Shown here: positions 49,301-61,600 of the stretch, piece by piece | Layout: each line of letters opens with the position of its first letter | Position numbering within the stretch: the first letter of the stretch is position 1 | Source: Amoebophrya sp. A120 | Lineage: Eukaryota > Protista > Dinoflagellata | Direction of reading: 5' to 3' | Length of the DNA stretch: 64,000 nucleotides | Assembly: GCA_905178155.1 (NCBI GenBank) | Contig: CAJINV010000005.1 | Span: 3,823,556-3,887,555, forward strand | Program-made: the position numbers and the translations under genes | Notes under the pieces: model-generated | What the model was told of the DNA's origin: nothing | Databases searched by the model: none | What the model saw: only the letters and a program-made list of their open reading frames with translations

Positions 49301-50610
49301 CTTTCCCACGCCAACCAGCACTACAGTCCGCATCTTTTCCCTTCTAGCATGACAGAGCTGATTTGTGACCACAAATCTGCACCACAAATCTCTAGTTTGA
49401 GTATGGGGTGGGGGGATTTTTCATTTTGATAACATCGCTGCCATCGGCCGCGACAAAAGAAGGAGAGGCAGCCGCGCCAGCGGGCGACGGCGCGCAGCCG
49501 CTTGTCTTCAAGTGTAGCATCATGTCGGTGGCTTCCGTGATGGCGTAATTAATTTAAATTTGCTTCGACATGTTGATGACATTGATTTCCTTGTAGCAAG
49601 AACCAGGAGATGAAACGCCACTTACTTTCATTCTTTCCGCAGGGTGGCAAGCGCTAGTATTTATCAGTACCAATTTTTACGACCACTTACCGCATTCGTC
49701 GAAGACGCAATGTGTTTATTCGGGGGCTCTTTAGGGGATTACAATGTTTTATTTTTTATTTTTTTGTAAACTCAAACAGGTACGATACGCAAGTTGGTCA
49801 GGGCGTGAACGATATCAAGTGCAAATATGTGTGGGTCTGAAAGACTGCCAGGTTTGTCTGGCCGGTTCTGCATGTCGTCCAAGAGGAATGCGAGTCCTCT
49901 ACTTAGCATCGCGAGCTTTCTACTTGATAGGATCTGTGTATTTCCATTCCGTATGGGAGACAATGTCGTTTTGGGACGCCTCTTGCTGGTAATTCAGTAC
50001 GGATTTATCTTGTGTTATCAATCCTCCTCGACCAGCCTTCGCAGCACAGCCTCGGTAGAAGTTCCATGCAGACCTAGACATGGTTTATGCAATGCATAGA
50101 CGACCTGCACATCGTGCCCGATGAGGAGAGTTCGGACAGCGAGGAGTTCTTTCAGGACGACGACGAAAGTAGCGAATCGAAATCCGAGTCGAAAGCAGGG
50201 GTCTCGGCAACGGAAAACGGCAACAAGAAAGACGATGAGCTCGACGAGGACAACGTGACGACCGCATTGTTGCTATCCTGAGTAAAAACGTACCCACACC
50301 AGAGTTGTAATGCAGATTTGCAAAGACAGGAACATTTGTAATGCGCATCCACATGAGAGCCATTTTCAATCGTGTTTTGGAATTTGTGATGCTGTAAACA
50401 GGATGAGCAGATGAATCTGTGACGCGGCTGCACTTGCTAACCTGCACTACACTGCAGAGTGCAACTTGTCATGCGTGACTCACAAAACTCCTAGGCTTGT
50501 GTTGCAAAATCCCCATCTTGACTCTGGTGTGGGTACGTTTTTACTCAGGATAATTGCAGCAGCTCTACGCGGATTTGTCTGCGGCGCGAGCCTCATCAGC
50601 AGCCACGTGA
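46315..50610 (+). CDS. Acidic low-complexity protein with MGNLC acylation-type N-terminus
   Basis: Frame continuous after removing eight introners and two GT-AG introns up to 49548; probably continues via GT 49512 / AG 49779 through two more introners to TGA 50610. Confidence 0.65.
46404..46606. mobile_element. Introner, family E
   Basis: aaaaaagtgttaca / tgtaacactttttt; TSD CAGGA/CAGGA. Confidence 0.88.
46654..46865. mobile_element. Old introner
   Basis: tattctccagaaaa ... ttttctatgggata; TSD decayed ATCAA/GCTAA; frame restored. Confidence 0.6.
46943..47252. mobile_element. Introner, family B (old)
   Basis: tatcctgcggaaaaac ... gtttttgcccagtata; TSD TTTAA/GTGAA. Confidence 0.65.
47602..47757. 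mobile_element. Introner, family C
   Basis: tgcaaaagtatcgtact TIR; TSD AACAC/AACAC. Confidence 0.9.
48235..48396. mobile_element. Introner, family B
   Basis: gtgtaaaaacgtcg / cgacgttttgacac; TSD CAACG/CAACG. Confidence 0.85.
48503..48762. mobile_element. Old introner
   Basis: tatg...gcaaat / atttgcatggcata; TSD CAAAA/GAAAA; joins NGVK to TTTTIT. Confidence 0.65.
48790..49054. mobile_element. Introner, family A
   Basis: Family A TIR; TSD TCCAG/TCCAG; internal paralogue of 26708-26974. Confidence 0.9.
49120..49431. mobile_element. Introner, family D
   Basis: TSD ACATC/ACATC; reverse-complement paralogue of 53276-53596. Confidence 0.9.
49813..50098. mobile_element. Introner, diverged family A
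   Basis: tatcaagtgcaaatatgtgtgggtctg start; TSD AACGA/GACGA. Confidence 0.8.
50274..50552. mobile_element. Introner, family B, perfect 32-bp TIR
   Basis: tatcctgagtaaaaacgtacccacaccagagt exactly inverted at the right end; TSD GTTGC/ATTGC. Confidence 0.92.
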
Positions 50611-52067
50611 AGACAGCGGCGGCTGGTGCGTCTTCCGTAATCTTTGATGAAAAATATGATGAATGAGTATTCTCGAAACCATCGAAAGTGTATAATTTCC
50701 AGCGAAAATATAATTTACCAAATTCAGAAATAAAGTTACTTTTGCGTATATGATGAAGATTTTAAAAACATGGCAGTGACCACATAAAGTAAACCGAAAA
50801 TGTCGAGCACAGCCTCCTCCATCTTGTAGACAAACGGATTATCATTTCACCTGACTTTTTCACCTTACAAGCTTCAAGTGTTTGTTCACAAAAATAAATG
50901 GAGTGATTCTCATTGATTTAGTATTGCAGCTTTCCTCCCGTTAGATCATGACGCGAAAATGAAAGAGGTAGCTACGACGATATCCACGGGCTGGTCTGAA
51001 TAGTTTTTTGGTGTCCACCATGTAGAGTGTGGGAAAGTGAGTTCCCTCGCTGGGTAGTGCTGATGCACCGCAGTTGCTGTTATCATATCAATTGAAAAAA
51101 AAAAATAAGAACCATCAAAATTTATATTCGTATGTGTTGGAGCATGCCGGAAGGGGTGATCTACGGCTCTGGTGGTTTCCAAACAAGCTACTTCCTGTCA
51201 TATCGAAAGCATGGAGTAACTAATCAAATCCAAATTCCGTATTGACAAACTCCAAGAATGCGTACAGTGTGACTGCGGGTAGTGTTCGTTATCGCTGATC
51301 TCGGTTTCCTCAAAAATTCTAGTGCTCATCGCACACGCGTGTCGGCATTAACTTCATCTCAATCGCGGAATCCGTGCGAAGTGTCGGTCGCAACTGGAAT
51401 TCTCCATGCTCTGTACATAATACTGGTCGACGTGCGGACGATGCATAGCTGTTCTTGCACAAATAGGTCGTACATAGTTTGCAGGAGCAGCTTTCAGTAA
51501 CACTTGTCGTGCACGACACACGTATTGCGATACGGTTTTCGGTCAACACTAAAAAGAATCGGAAAGCATCGCGGCTTCACGTCCAAAGAAAGCAGCTGAA
51601 TTGGAAATAGTCGGTACGTTCATGCGTGGTTTCAAATATCGTTCTCGGTGGAAAGAAGGTACAGTTTCCATCCTTTCGTGCGTCGTGGTAACTTAATTGA
51701 TACTTACATGTAGCTCGTCTGCAAGCATTCAGCCGTCTGTTTTGATTTTGCTGCGACAGGGCGGGACACGCACTCGTCCCAAACCCAATCCAATTTGCGC
51801 CTCCAACTTCTGCTCTACCCTCCTTTATGTCGTGTTGCATATTACCTCTGTAAATTTTGAACTGCTTCTTAAACCTGTCGCTGTCATTTCTCAATTTTTT
51901 TCTCCTTCCAAAAGCGAAACAAATTAAAAGTACTTCTTCCAAAGCATCACCGCTCTCCTCTCCTTCCTCGGATATACTACCATTTTGGAACTCTGACCGA
52001 CTCGTCTTGCGTGTGGCGGTAGCGGCAGCTGGCTTTCTTGTCGTAAAAGCATCGTCTGCGCACAAAA

Positions 52068-53785
52068 ATGGCAGAGTATGTCCAAGCCGGCCAGGGCAAG
52101 GCCGTGGAGTTGCCCCACGGCGTGGACGCTCCCCCGGGTTTGCACCTCGGCCGCATTCACCCCGTCGCGTTTCAGGGCTCCGCGGCGGAAACGCACCAGT
52201 TCCACATTCACGTGCCCCACCTGCACTCTGTGTCGCACTTTGTGCACGGGGCGCACACCTTGCACCACGAGCACGGAATTCCAGAAACGCCGATGAACAC
52301 CGGGAGGAAAAGCCTGCTCGAAGAAGACTACTCGGAAGCCGTCCGTACAGATTAAAATCGATCTTAACTTCTGATGTTGTTCATAGCTGTTTTTTCAAGC
52401 GACATGATTAATTTTTTTGCAGCTATGCACGTTCGTGAGAAATAATAGGTTGGTGATAGCTTTGGTACTAAACGAGCTGAATGCAAGGACTTCTTTTATC
52501 CGCAAACAGCGAAAGTGAAGCGTCTGTCGAGCGCGCCGCTGCATAACGTAGCCAACGTGCCGCACCTGCATCGTGTATCGTACACCGGGCGAATTCACTA
52601 CGACAAGTTTGCCGGGTTGGCAGAAGCGCTGTGTCCCCTTCCGCACGTGGAGCTCAAGTTCAAGGCGAAAATAGGTACAGAACTTTCTTTGCTCTTTCGA
52701 TGAAATAAATGTGTGGTCTCTACTTCGCCGGATAGCTTTAGATTCTGCTAGACATATTCTGCGAACGATCAGCAGTGACGAGCCTGGAGGAATACCATTT
52801 CCGATTTTTCGAAGTCGTTACCGATCTCTTTTGCTGTTCTATTTTTTCTGATTTGTATAAAAAAGTTAAAGTTTTACGTCGTAGAAGCGTTGATACCAGA
52901 AAAGCCCCGGAAACGCTCAAAAAAATCAGGTGTGACAGAAATCAGCACTGCAGCGGCCAGGCGTAAGGCCATGGGTTATCAAATGCGAAAATGTCTGGGT
53001 CTGGAAGATTTCTAGATTTGTCATGCATATTTTCCACGACCCATGACGTCTGTGATGCATGCCGTAGCATCACAGATTTTTAGAGCGCTTCCTCATGCCT
53101 ATTCCGCATGACAAATGCCATCTCCGCGGAGCACAAAATCTACTCCTCTTACTGGTCATGCAATACAACTCTTTTTCGAATCCAGAGACAGCATCACAAG
53201 TTGCAATTTTCCAGACCCAGACACTTTTACATTTGATATGGGTCAGAGCCGGGCCATGTCGCAAACTTTTCGGCATACTACAATGAAAAATGCCCCCTCC
53301 CCATATCAAAACGGAAATCTGTGATGCAGATTTGTGGTCACAAATCAGCTTTGTGATGCTAGAAGGCAAAAGATGCGGACTGTAGTGCTGCCTAGCGTGG
53401 GAAAGCCTTGCAGCTCCAGGATGACAGGAGGCAACTGGAAGTGGGAAACAGCATCACAGATTGCCTGCAATTTAGGCCGCAGCTTCGTCTCTTGGACTTC
53501 TAGCAATACAAGTCGATTTGTGTACTCAAATACAGCATCACAAATTCGCGCATCTTCCGTTTCCGATATGGGGTGGGGGCTTTTTTGACTTTGATACGGC
53601 AGGCACAAGCGAAGCTTTCCGGACGGCCACATTTGAATCATGACAACTCAATTATTGTGCCACTGGCCGACCACGGGGTGATCATGCAGCCGTTGACCTT
53701 TCGAGGGCCGCAGTTGGAAGTCAACATGGCGCAACACCTACCGCAAAGCCCGGCGTTCAAAACTGGGGTAAGGATGTCATCATGA
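52068..53785 (+). CDS. His-rich hypothetical protein
   Basis: MAEYVQAGQG...HQFHIHVPHLHSVSHFVHGAHTLHHEH; introner removal gives RKAMGQSRAMSQTFRQAQAKL. Confidence 0.6.
52977..53238. mobile_element. Introner, family A
   Basis: Family A TIR; TSD TGGGT/TGGGT. Confidence 0.9.
53276..53596. mobile_element. Introner, family D
   Basis: gccccctccccatatc TIR; TSD CGGCA/CGGCA. Confidence 0.9.
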
Positions 53786-55471
53786 CGCATAGCTTGTTTT
53801 CTTTCTTGATGCATAGTTTGTTCTGTTTCTCAGTGTTGCACGTTGGCTACTTGTTGGTCACCCGACCACTTCTCAGAGTCTGGCGAGCGCTAGCCTTGTG
53901 CATGATAGAAGCAAAAAATCAAAATGCGGACTGGAGAAATAATTAAGCTTTTGTCTTGATTTAAGCAGATACAGCTCCCGTGAACTGCGACTTCTCACAA
54001 TTTTTACACTCAGGCACTGAAGGACGCACCGGATCTGGTCGGCTTGGGGAGTATTGGTCTCTCGGTGGAACCCAGAAGGCGCTTTCAACCGATGGAGGCA
54101 CTGAGTCTGAGCACTGTGCCTGAGTCTATTCTATTTTGACGCGAGGGTGATTGAGGCAGTGTCGGGTTCTGTGTGATGTTGTTTCGTTTTCGAATGAGTC
54201 AATACAACCGTGTAGTAGATTTATTCCTGTGGTATGCAAATGCCAACAAGAACCATGTTTCCATTCTCGGCATCAAGAAGGCGCACTCCCCACATCTTAC
54301 TCTGTCTGCGCCAGTCAGCTTTTCTCGCTCTGGAGCAGATTATGTACTTAATAAAGTGCGACTTCACTCCTGAGCAGAACGCAAGTTCCACGTCGCGCCA
54401 TTAATGGTTCTTTTTGCTATCTCCCATGGTTTTAAGTAGCCTTACGTTGTCGTTGTCCTTCTCATTTATTCATTGTCGTGCGTATTCGTATGTGAAAAAG
54501 AGATGAAAACCGATGTACATTATTTTTGTCTTGAGCATCCATTTTATTTATTTTTGCGGTGGAACTCTTGTTACACTCATATTGCCTATTTTTTCTGCTA
54601 TGATTTCTTCATAATTAACTGAGGCATAAATCAAAAATTAAAATATCGGGAGTGATGGTTATATTTATATGGTGCCAACCTGTTACTGTTTGCGAGAATC
54701 ATGATTTTTTTTGAGAACTTCTACCTCACTAGACGCGATCGTTGTTCTCGATGAAGCCATAATTTTTACAGTCTTCATATCCAGGAAAAATGTATGTACG
54801 TCAAGGTAGTCGTTCCCTGGTCGTGTTTTAGGGGTGGCCTCTCTTTCCCCCCCCGGCAGCAAGGGAAGACGCAGCTTCGCAGGCATATTTTTGTTCACAT
54901 TTTTCAGCCATGGCAACGTCGTGTGTGGAAAATTACAAGCAAATCCCGCCCGCGTGCACCAGCAAAATCTTCGTAGTCGTACACGCAGTATTAAATTCGT
55001 AATCGTACTTCATGCCGTTTCGCGGTCGTTGTGATCAAAGGTTGTCGTGTCGTGGTTTTTTCCATGGTGAATGAAGAACATCATGCTGAAATAAACGAAG
55101 TCGCGCGTTCTTGCCCCACAAGGTTCTGCAACAAGGTTCTTCTTTGCCCTTGTGTTTCGTCCAAATTGATCATAATCGTTGCGTCACGACCTGGGAGCAA
55201 GACAACGACCCAGCACGATTTCTTGAAGTTTCTCTATGTATTCTCTATGTACGAGTCTGCAAGTAGAGCTGCGACCATTTATATTTTTGATGCTCAACAG
55301 GACATATTTTTATTTTTCTTCGATCCCCCTCTCAGTTTTCCCATAGGTACTTTCAAGGATCTCCCCACCTGAGGCGCCGAACATGTGAAATTTTGAAACC
55401 AGTCGCTCGTTTATCTCGATCTAAAAGCATAGCTGGTAAAAAGCAGGCGCCGTTGGGTTGAGGACCGTATA

Positions 55472-57899
55472 ATGTCGGCGCGCGCAGCGACATCTACCCC
55501 ACCACAACGTCGGGCAAATGGCGATGTAGAAGCCCCGAAGGCCTACGTGCAAGCGGACCCGAACGCACTGTCACCACTGCAGATTGGTGAGCGTATCGAG
55601 GCACAAAACAAAGCAAACAGCGCCAAGGCGCGCTCTATATCGAATACCATCCGCGGAAACCTGAATGCACCTGCCAGCTTGCGGCTCGGTCGCGTTATCC
55701 GCCATAAAAAGACATCCAAACCAAAAAAAGCAATGAGTTTGTGTTGCCATAGAAAACTTTGTAAGTAGATGCTGATGCTGCTCCGCAAGAGGGAGATGAA
55801 AAACCTTCTATCGGATGTCCGATGCAAAGAAAGTGTAACGCGGAAAAAGTTAGGATCAGACAGTCATTGAGACGCTTTGTGATGCTGATGTGACAAAAGT
55901 TTTCTTTTTGCTACACAAAAAACTGCATCACAATTGGTACGGGTGTGCTTTTCTGTTTGATACGCGTCCAGCCCGCGGTCTTTCGCGGCGGGAATGCGCT
56001 AACGCTGACGCAAGTGATATCGTCTGTAAAAAGGTCCCCGCTCCCTCGTCAAGATGTGAACTTGGCAACACAGATCGAGAACTTAATTTGGCTGGCTCGC
56101 ATGACAGGTTGGGCTCCCAGCGTAGTAGTAGTTGTGGCTCTAGCTTGTGTAAGCGCATTGCAAATTGATCATCTTCATATCCTGACTATTTTAGCAGGAC
56201 AAGAATATTCAAGACAACACTACCAGAAAACACTCGACATCCAGGCATGCGAGTAAGTACTTATGCGTGACAAGGATGTGTAGTTGGTTGGGGACCACGT
56301 TTTTACTCACGATAAGTGAGATTAGCCTCCCCGGGACCGGTGCGCGCGCTACGCATCCCAGCACTGGAGAGCAGGATAACATTAGGACCATCTGCGCAGC
56401 CAACGCCTCGAACACGAACACTGGAAGCAAAACCAACTGCGGCAGCAACCACCTCGGCGACGGGGAGTAGTGGTGCGAATACTTCAGCCAAGAACATTCC
56501 ACCGCAAACTCCCCGGTCGCCAGCAGTGGCTTCGAGTAGCGATGTGGACGGGGTCAAAATCTTGACCGGTGTGGTCGCCTCGGAGGCTGGTGTAGTTACT
56601 AGTGCACCGCCGGATAAAAAGCCCAGTCCTGAAGATGCGAGCAGCGGCACCTTTCTGAGCAGCAAAACGTCGAACGAAGGTGGTCGCGCGCAAACACCGC
56701 GACCACTTTTGCAGGAAATTCGCACGCCACGCATTCCCAACTTGCTTCCCGCCACTCCCAGGGCCAGCATCCATTCGCCCAAACCCAGCTTCAGCGTTCT
56801 GCAGCCGAAATTAGGTATGGACACGACTTGCTTCTTGTTGTTTGCGGATGGAAAATGCAATAAGTCTTTACATGTAGTTGTATCTGGTGCAATGAACAAA
56901 CAAATGAGTCGGGTGTTTTAAAACTTCGATTGAGATGCGTTTTTTGATGGACAAGTAAGTAAAACACTTCCACCAACACCTGCAGGACCACCGGGGAATC
57001 AGTCACGGGTGAACATTGGGCCCGTCCGGGGACGCCGCATTTTCACGGGGCTCGGGGACGATTATGTGCAACACTACCTGCGTTCGCGTTCGCGATCGCA
57101 AGCCCCCATGGTCGTCGTGCCTCCCCCGTCCTCCGGCGGTGGAACTTCTGCGTCAAGTGGCGCATTTTCGCGGCCACCACCCTACGCGCTAGACATCGAC
57201 ATGGCAAAAAACACGCCCCGGCACCCCGCTTTTGAGATCGGTGGCATGGAGGACGTAGCAAATGCAAATAGCGAAATCTGGGTCCTCTGGAAGACGAGCG
57301 ACCGAGTTGTCACACTGTTATTTTTGCATGACGTGGAAGATCTCGCCGTGGCTCTGGTGGCACTACTTACGCATGCCGTATTCCAATATGACAGGTTTTG
57401 CGAGAGGAGCTACTTCCCAATGCCTATCGTGCATAAGAAATAGTTCCCTTTTTATTTCTGTCAGCTTGAGTGACGACAATATGCGTTGACGCAAGGCAGC
57501 TTTCCGCGTCGCCCTAAGCGAGCATCAAAACATTTGTTTCCTCTGGAACAACCCAGATGACGTATTTGCATTTCATAGGACGTGCACGACATGATTGGCC
57601 TGTCCTCCATCTCTATCCAATGCAAAAGTATCGTACTCGCTCCTACGAATCGTAGTCATGCTTCATGACAGAACTATGAGCTGCTCAGGGAAGTCTTCAT
57701 CACGACACTTGGAAAAATGTGTATTCCGATAATTGACACTAGAAGAAGTACGACGTTTACGATACTTTTGCAATGCATAGCATCCCTGTCCATCGAACCG
57801 CGCCGGGCCTGCACGCCGCTGCAGGCACATCCTCTGAGTCCAGTGCCCCATCAGATTCTGCACGTACCCAGGCCGGATCTGCACCCGAGACCATATTGA
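55472..57899 (+). CDS. Pro/Ser/Thr-rich hypothetical protein
   Basis: Frame continuous after removing four introners and one GT-AG intron (LGRV|QPAV, TQV|RLASP, MED|VHDM, SIS|LSIEP). Confidence 0.65.
55696..55962. mobile_element. Introner
   Basis: tatccgccataaaaagac ... gcttttctgtttgata; TSD CGCGT/CGCGT. Confidence 0.8.
56018..56314. mobile_element. Introner, family B
   Basis: tatcgtctgtaaaaa ... tttttactcacgata; TSD AGTGA/AGTGA. Confidence 0.85.
57256..57577. mobile_element. Introner, diverged family A
   Basis: aaatgcaaata / tatttgcattt; TSD GGACG/GGACG. Confidence 0.85.
57614..57779. mobile_element. Introner, family C
   Basis: tgcaaaagtatcgta TIR; TSD decayed ATCTC/GCATC; frame restored. 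Confidence 0.8.
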
Positions 57900-58676
57900 G
57901 GGCCGAGATGCCGCTGTTGCGTCTACCGACCTTCGGACTGATAGTGCAGCTGTTATGATGAAAATTAACTTTTACAAGAACGCTTCAAGAACTTAAATTC
58001 GTCAAGGGAATAGTAACGCTCGCTCCACATCATTCTCGCGCTGGTTCGCCTATAATAAACACTCATTGCTGGTAGCGTTTCTGGTTGAAATTTGCTCTTC
58101 AGCAAGGACAAGGTGGCTGTTTCAGTATTCATGTACCATAATTCATTTTGGACTTTTTTTCGTGGCCGCAAAAATTAAGAACCTACCTTGACCCCCCCAA
58201 AACCACCTTCCCTTTTCCCGATAATCAACATCATTTCAATAATCTTTGCCAAAGATGAAACTAAAAACACGTACCTGAAGCAAATTTCTGAAACTCAAGA
58301 TTTTCTCAAGCAGTGTTGGCAGCGTGGGGGTAACTAAGCTGAGAGGTGACTATGCACGACCCAACTTTGCAAAACAAGATGGAGTGATATTAAAAAATGG
58401 GTATTTTTCAGAGAGTCAAATGTGGCCTGTCTCCCTACTTAACGAGTGTGCAGCACGTGAGAGTCGCCCTGACACAATGGAAGCGAGATCCTCAAACCGA
58501 TCTGTATGTCACGTAAATGTACTGAGCACTTTAAATCAAACTAAGCACGTACTGTACGAGAGTGGTAAGTATTCTCGGTTTGCGGTATTTCAAAAGAGAG
58601 GTCATCCTTGAAGATTGTCCCTCTTTACAACACTAGCGCAGTGCAAATAAGTGCTCGCTCGGTTGAGGCGGGCAAC

Positions 58677-61600
58677 ATGGCAGAAACGCGGAGTCCGATC
58701 GCGGAGCTCCTGCGGCACCCGGAGTCGTTCCAGTTAGCCGGTACCAATGGTTTTCGACTTTTCTTCTTCAATTCGCTACGACGACCGTGGTAGCATTTAT
58801 CCCATCGCTATGTCATCTGGATCCGACTCAGATGAGGACCACCATCCTGCTCGGTCGGGGAAATGAAGTCGCACTGTCTTATTTGTAGACCTGTGTGCAA
58901 GCAGCTGGAGTCCTCGCTTGTTTGGCGATCTGTTTTTTATTCAAGAATAAATCGAAAGTGTGAAGTGAAGTCACTGCATTGATTTATCGCACAACATGTT
59001 CAACAAAAAGGTCCGCAGCCACGGGACCCCGACGACTTTTCGAATTCGCAAGAGAGCCTCCTGGCCGAACGGGAAGCGTACCTGGCTACCTTGCTGCAGT
59101 CTGGATGCGAGAGTCTTGACGCGACGCGACGTATGGAGGCCGCGAATGAGGAGACGGAGAAAAAGATCCAGGAGCGGTATGGAAAGCAAATGTGAAAGAT
59201 TTCGGTCTGAAACATAGCAGAGTTTTTCCCTGCAGCTGGCGCATGACCCCGAAATTCCGTTATGTGTCACATGATAGATAATCATTCGATGGCAGCAGGC
59301 TAGCTATCCTCATTCACCAATTACGGACTTGTGTCTTTGTGTCACACCGACCTACCACGAATATTTGCAATGCATAAAAAGGAAAAGCAGTCGAAACAGG
59401 TCTACGAGAGGTTGTTTAATGACGGGGAGAATATCAAATGTAAAAATGTCTGGGTCTGGAAGATTTCTAGATTTGTCATGCATATAATTTTCCATGAGCC
59501 ATGATGTCTGTGATGCATGCCGTAGCATCACAGATTTTTAGAGGGCTTTGTGATACCTCTACCGCATGAGAAATGCCCTCTCCACGTAGGACAAACCCGA
59601 CCACTCTTGCTGGTCATGCAACACAAATTCTTTTAGAATCCACAGACAGCATCACAAGTTGTGACCTTCCAGACCCAGACATTTTTACAGTTGATAGGGA
59701 AGTACCGGGAGCGACGACGGGTTTACACGGAGATTGGCATCATGGCAGAGCATGAAGAAGTGCGCAAGTCGTGCACGTTCCAGCCGAAGCTGATGACGAG
59801 GCGGGCGAGTACCAGTGGCGGGGCGCACAACAGGAGCACACGGGGAAACGGATCGGCTCGGGGAGGTGCACTCTCCGCGCGCGGACTGCCTGGAGCCACC
59901 ACGGGGGAAGCGAAGAATCACCGCAGCTTGTCGCGGGACCCGTCCGCAGACGACGCTTTTGCGAGGCTGTACGAGGAAGCCTCGGTGCGGAAGCAGCGGC
60001 AAGAGCAACGGACCTGGCATTACGAAAAAAGCGAGCGGCCCCTGTTTCAGCCACAGCTGCGGACAGGTAGTTTTTGCAAGTAGTACACTAGGCACGTTGT
60101 GACCTTCAATGTAATTTAGAATTTGGTCATTTAAAGACATAGCTGTTTGTGAGTTTATTATCGGTCGTGACTGCAGTAAGTGCAAGTGTAAGTCTACGGC
60201 TGAGCCTTACAGGGGTTCTCTTTTTACCACGGGTTTTTGTTCCGGAATCAGGTTCAATTTTTCTCTAGGTTGCGAAACCGAAACTGCATGTTCTAAAGGT
60301 AAAAATAAGCGTGGCGATGTTTCTGCACGGGGTCCCAATAACAACAGCAGCAATCCGAATGACAGCAGTCTTTCGGAAAACCAAGCACAGCAGCGGGAAG
60401 ACCGGTTTGCGCGTCTACACAGCGATGCTGCCCGGTACAAGGCGAGCAAAGAAAAGCTTGCAGAAAGACACCACGCTCTGCTGTCCTTCCGTCCTGATGT
60501 GGCAAAGAGCTCACGAACCGGACCGCAGTTTGCGAAGTGGACCCCCATCTGGCAGCGGTTCGGGCAGGCCAACGTGGAAGACGAACTCAGCTACGAGGAT
60601 GCGCAGCCGGCTATAGCACCAAATAGTGAAGAGGTGCCGATCTTGCGCGGGGGGCAGCATCGGGACGAGCCCGCGCTGGAAGCAGAGTTGAAGCGAGGAA
60701 CCGCCCGTGAGCGGCAAGCGACAACCCCGACCGGCGAGAAAGGAGTAGTCCATGATCCTGTGGATTCAAGGTAAGACTTTTGTAACAGTCAATTTTTTTG
60801 ATTTTGGCGGGAATAATCATGAAATACAGTTTTATAATTTATTACCCCAGGATGGAATAAGTAGTAGATTGATGGGGTAGAGTGAAATGCGAGGATCAGT
60901 TGAAACCGGGGTACCAAAAATGAACTTGCATCCGGCAGAAGTATTATCTTTCCTCCGACTCCTGACAGGCAGCGAGTCCGTGCGGCGGCGCCGCGCGATT
61001 ACTACGAATTTTCATCCGCTCGCGATTTCGACGAGGACGAGGATGTTGACAAGGTGAAGATTGCAAACGACAGTTCGGAAGAGGAAGCAAACGTGCGGTT
61101 GGCCGTTTCTTCGGAGGAGGAACCAGTTGTGGTCTATCACGGACGTCGCGACCGGCAGGAGGCGCTCCCCTTGCGTATGGACATCGATGACGAGGAGGAG
61201 GACGCCACCGAGGTGGAACCGAACAATACCTCTGCTGGTGCGAACACCTCCGGCCGCGGCAACGTCTTCCCCGGAAAGAAGCTGCTGTTACCAGGAGGTT
61301 CTTCTAGTGCAACGTCCACTGCGGGAGCCGCGAGGGACAAGGCAAAGTCCTACGTGAGCGTGCCGACGGGTTCCAGTTCCAGTTCTAGGATGGACCAACA
61401 ACACGGCGGAAAATGGAACAAAATGAGCAGCAGCAGAAGAGTATCCTCCGAAAAAGAAATTGATTTTTCCGTACACGTACCACAAATGCGATTTCGGCAG
61501 GACGAAACTCAAACTTTCAATTAATCCTATCCAGCATGACGCCTGGCAGGCTCGTCTAAGTTTTAGCGAAAATTGTGATGCTCGTGTACAGGAATAATTT

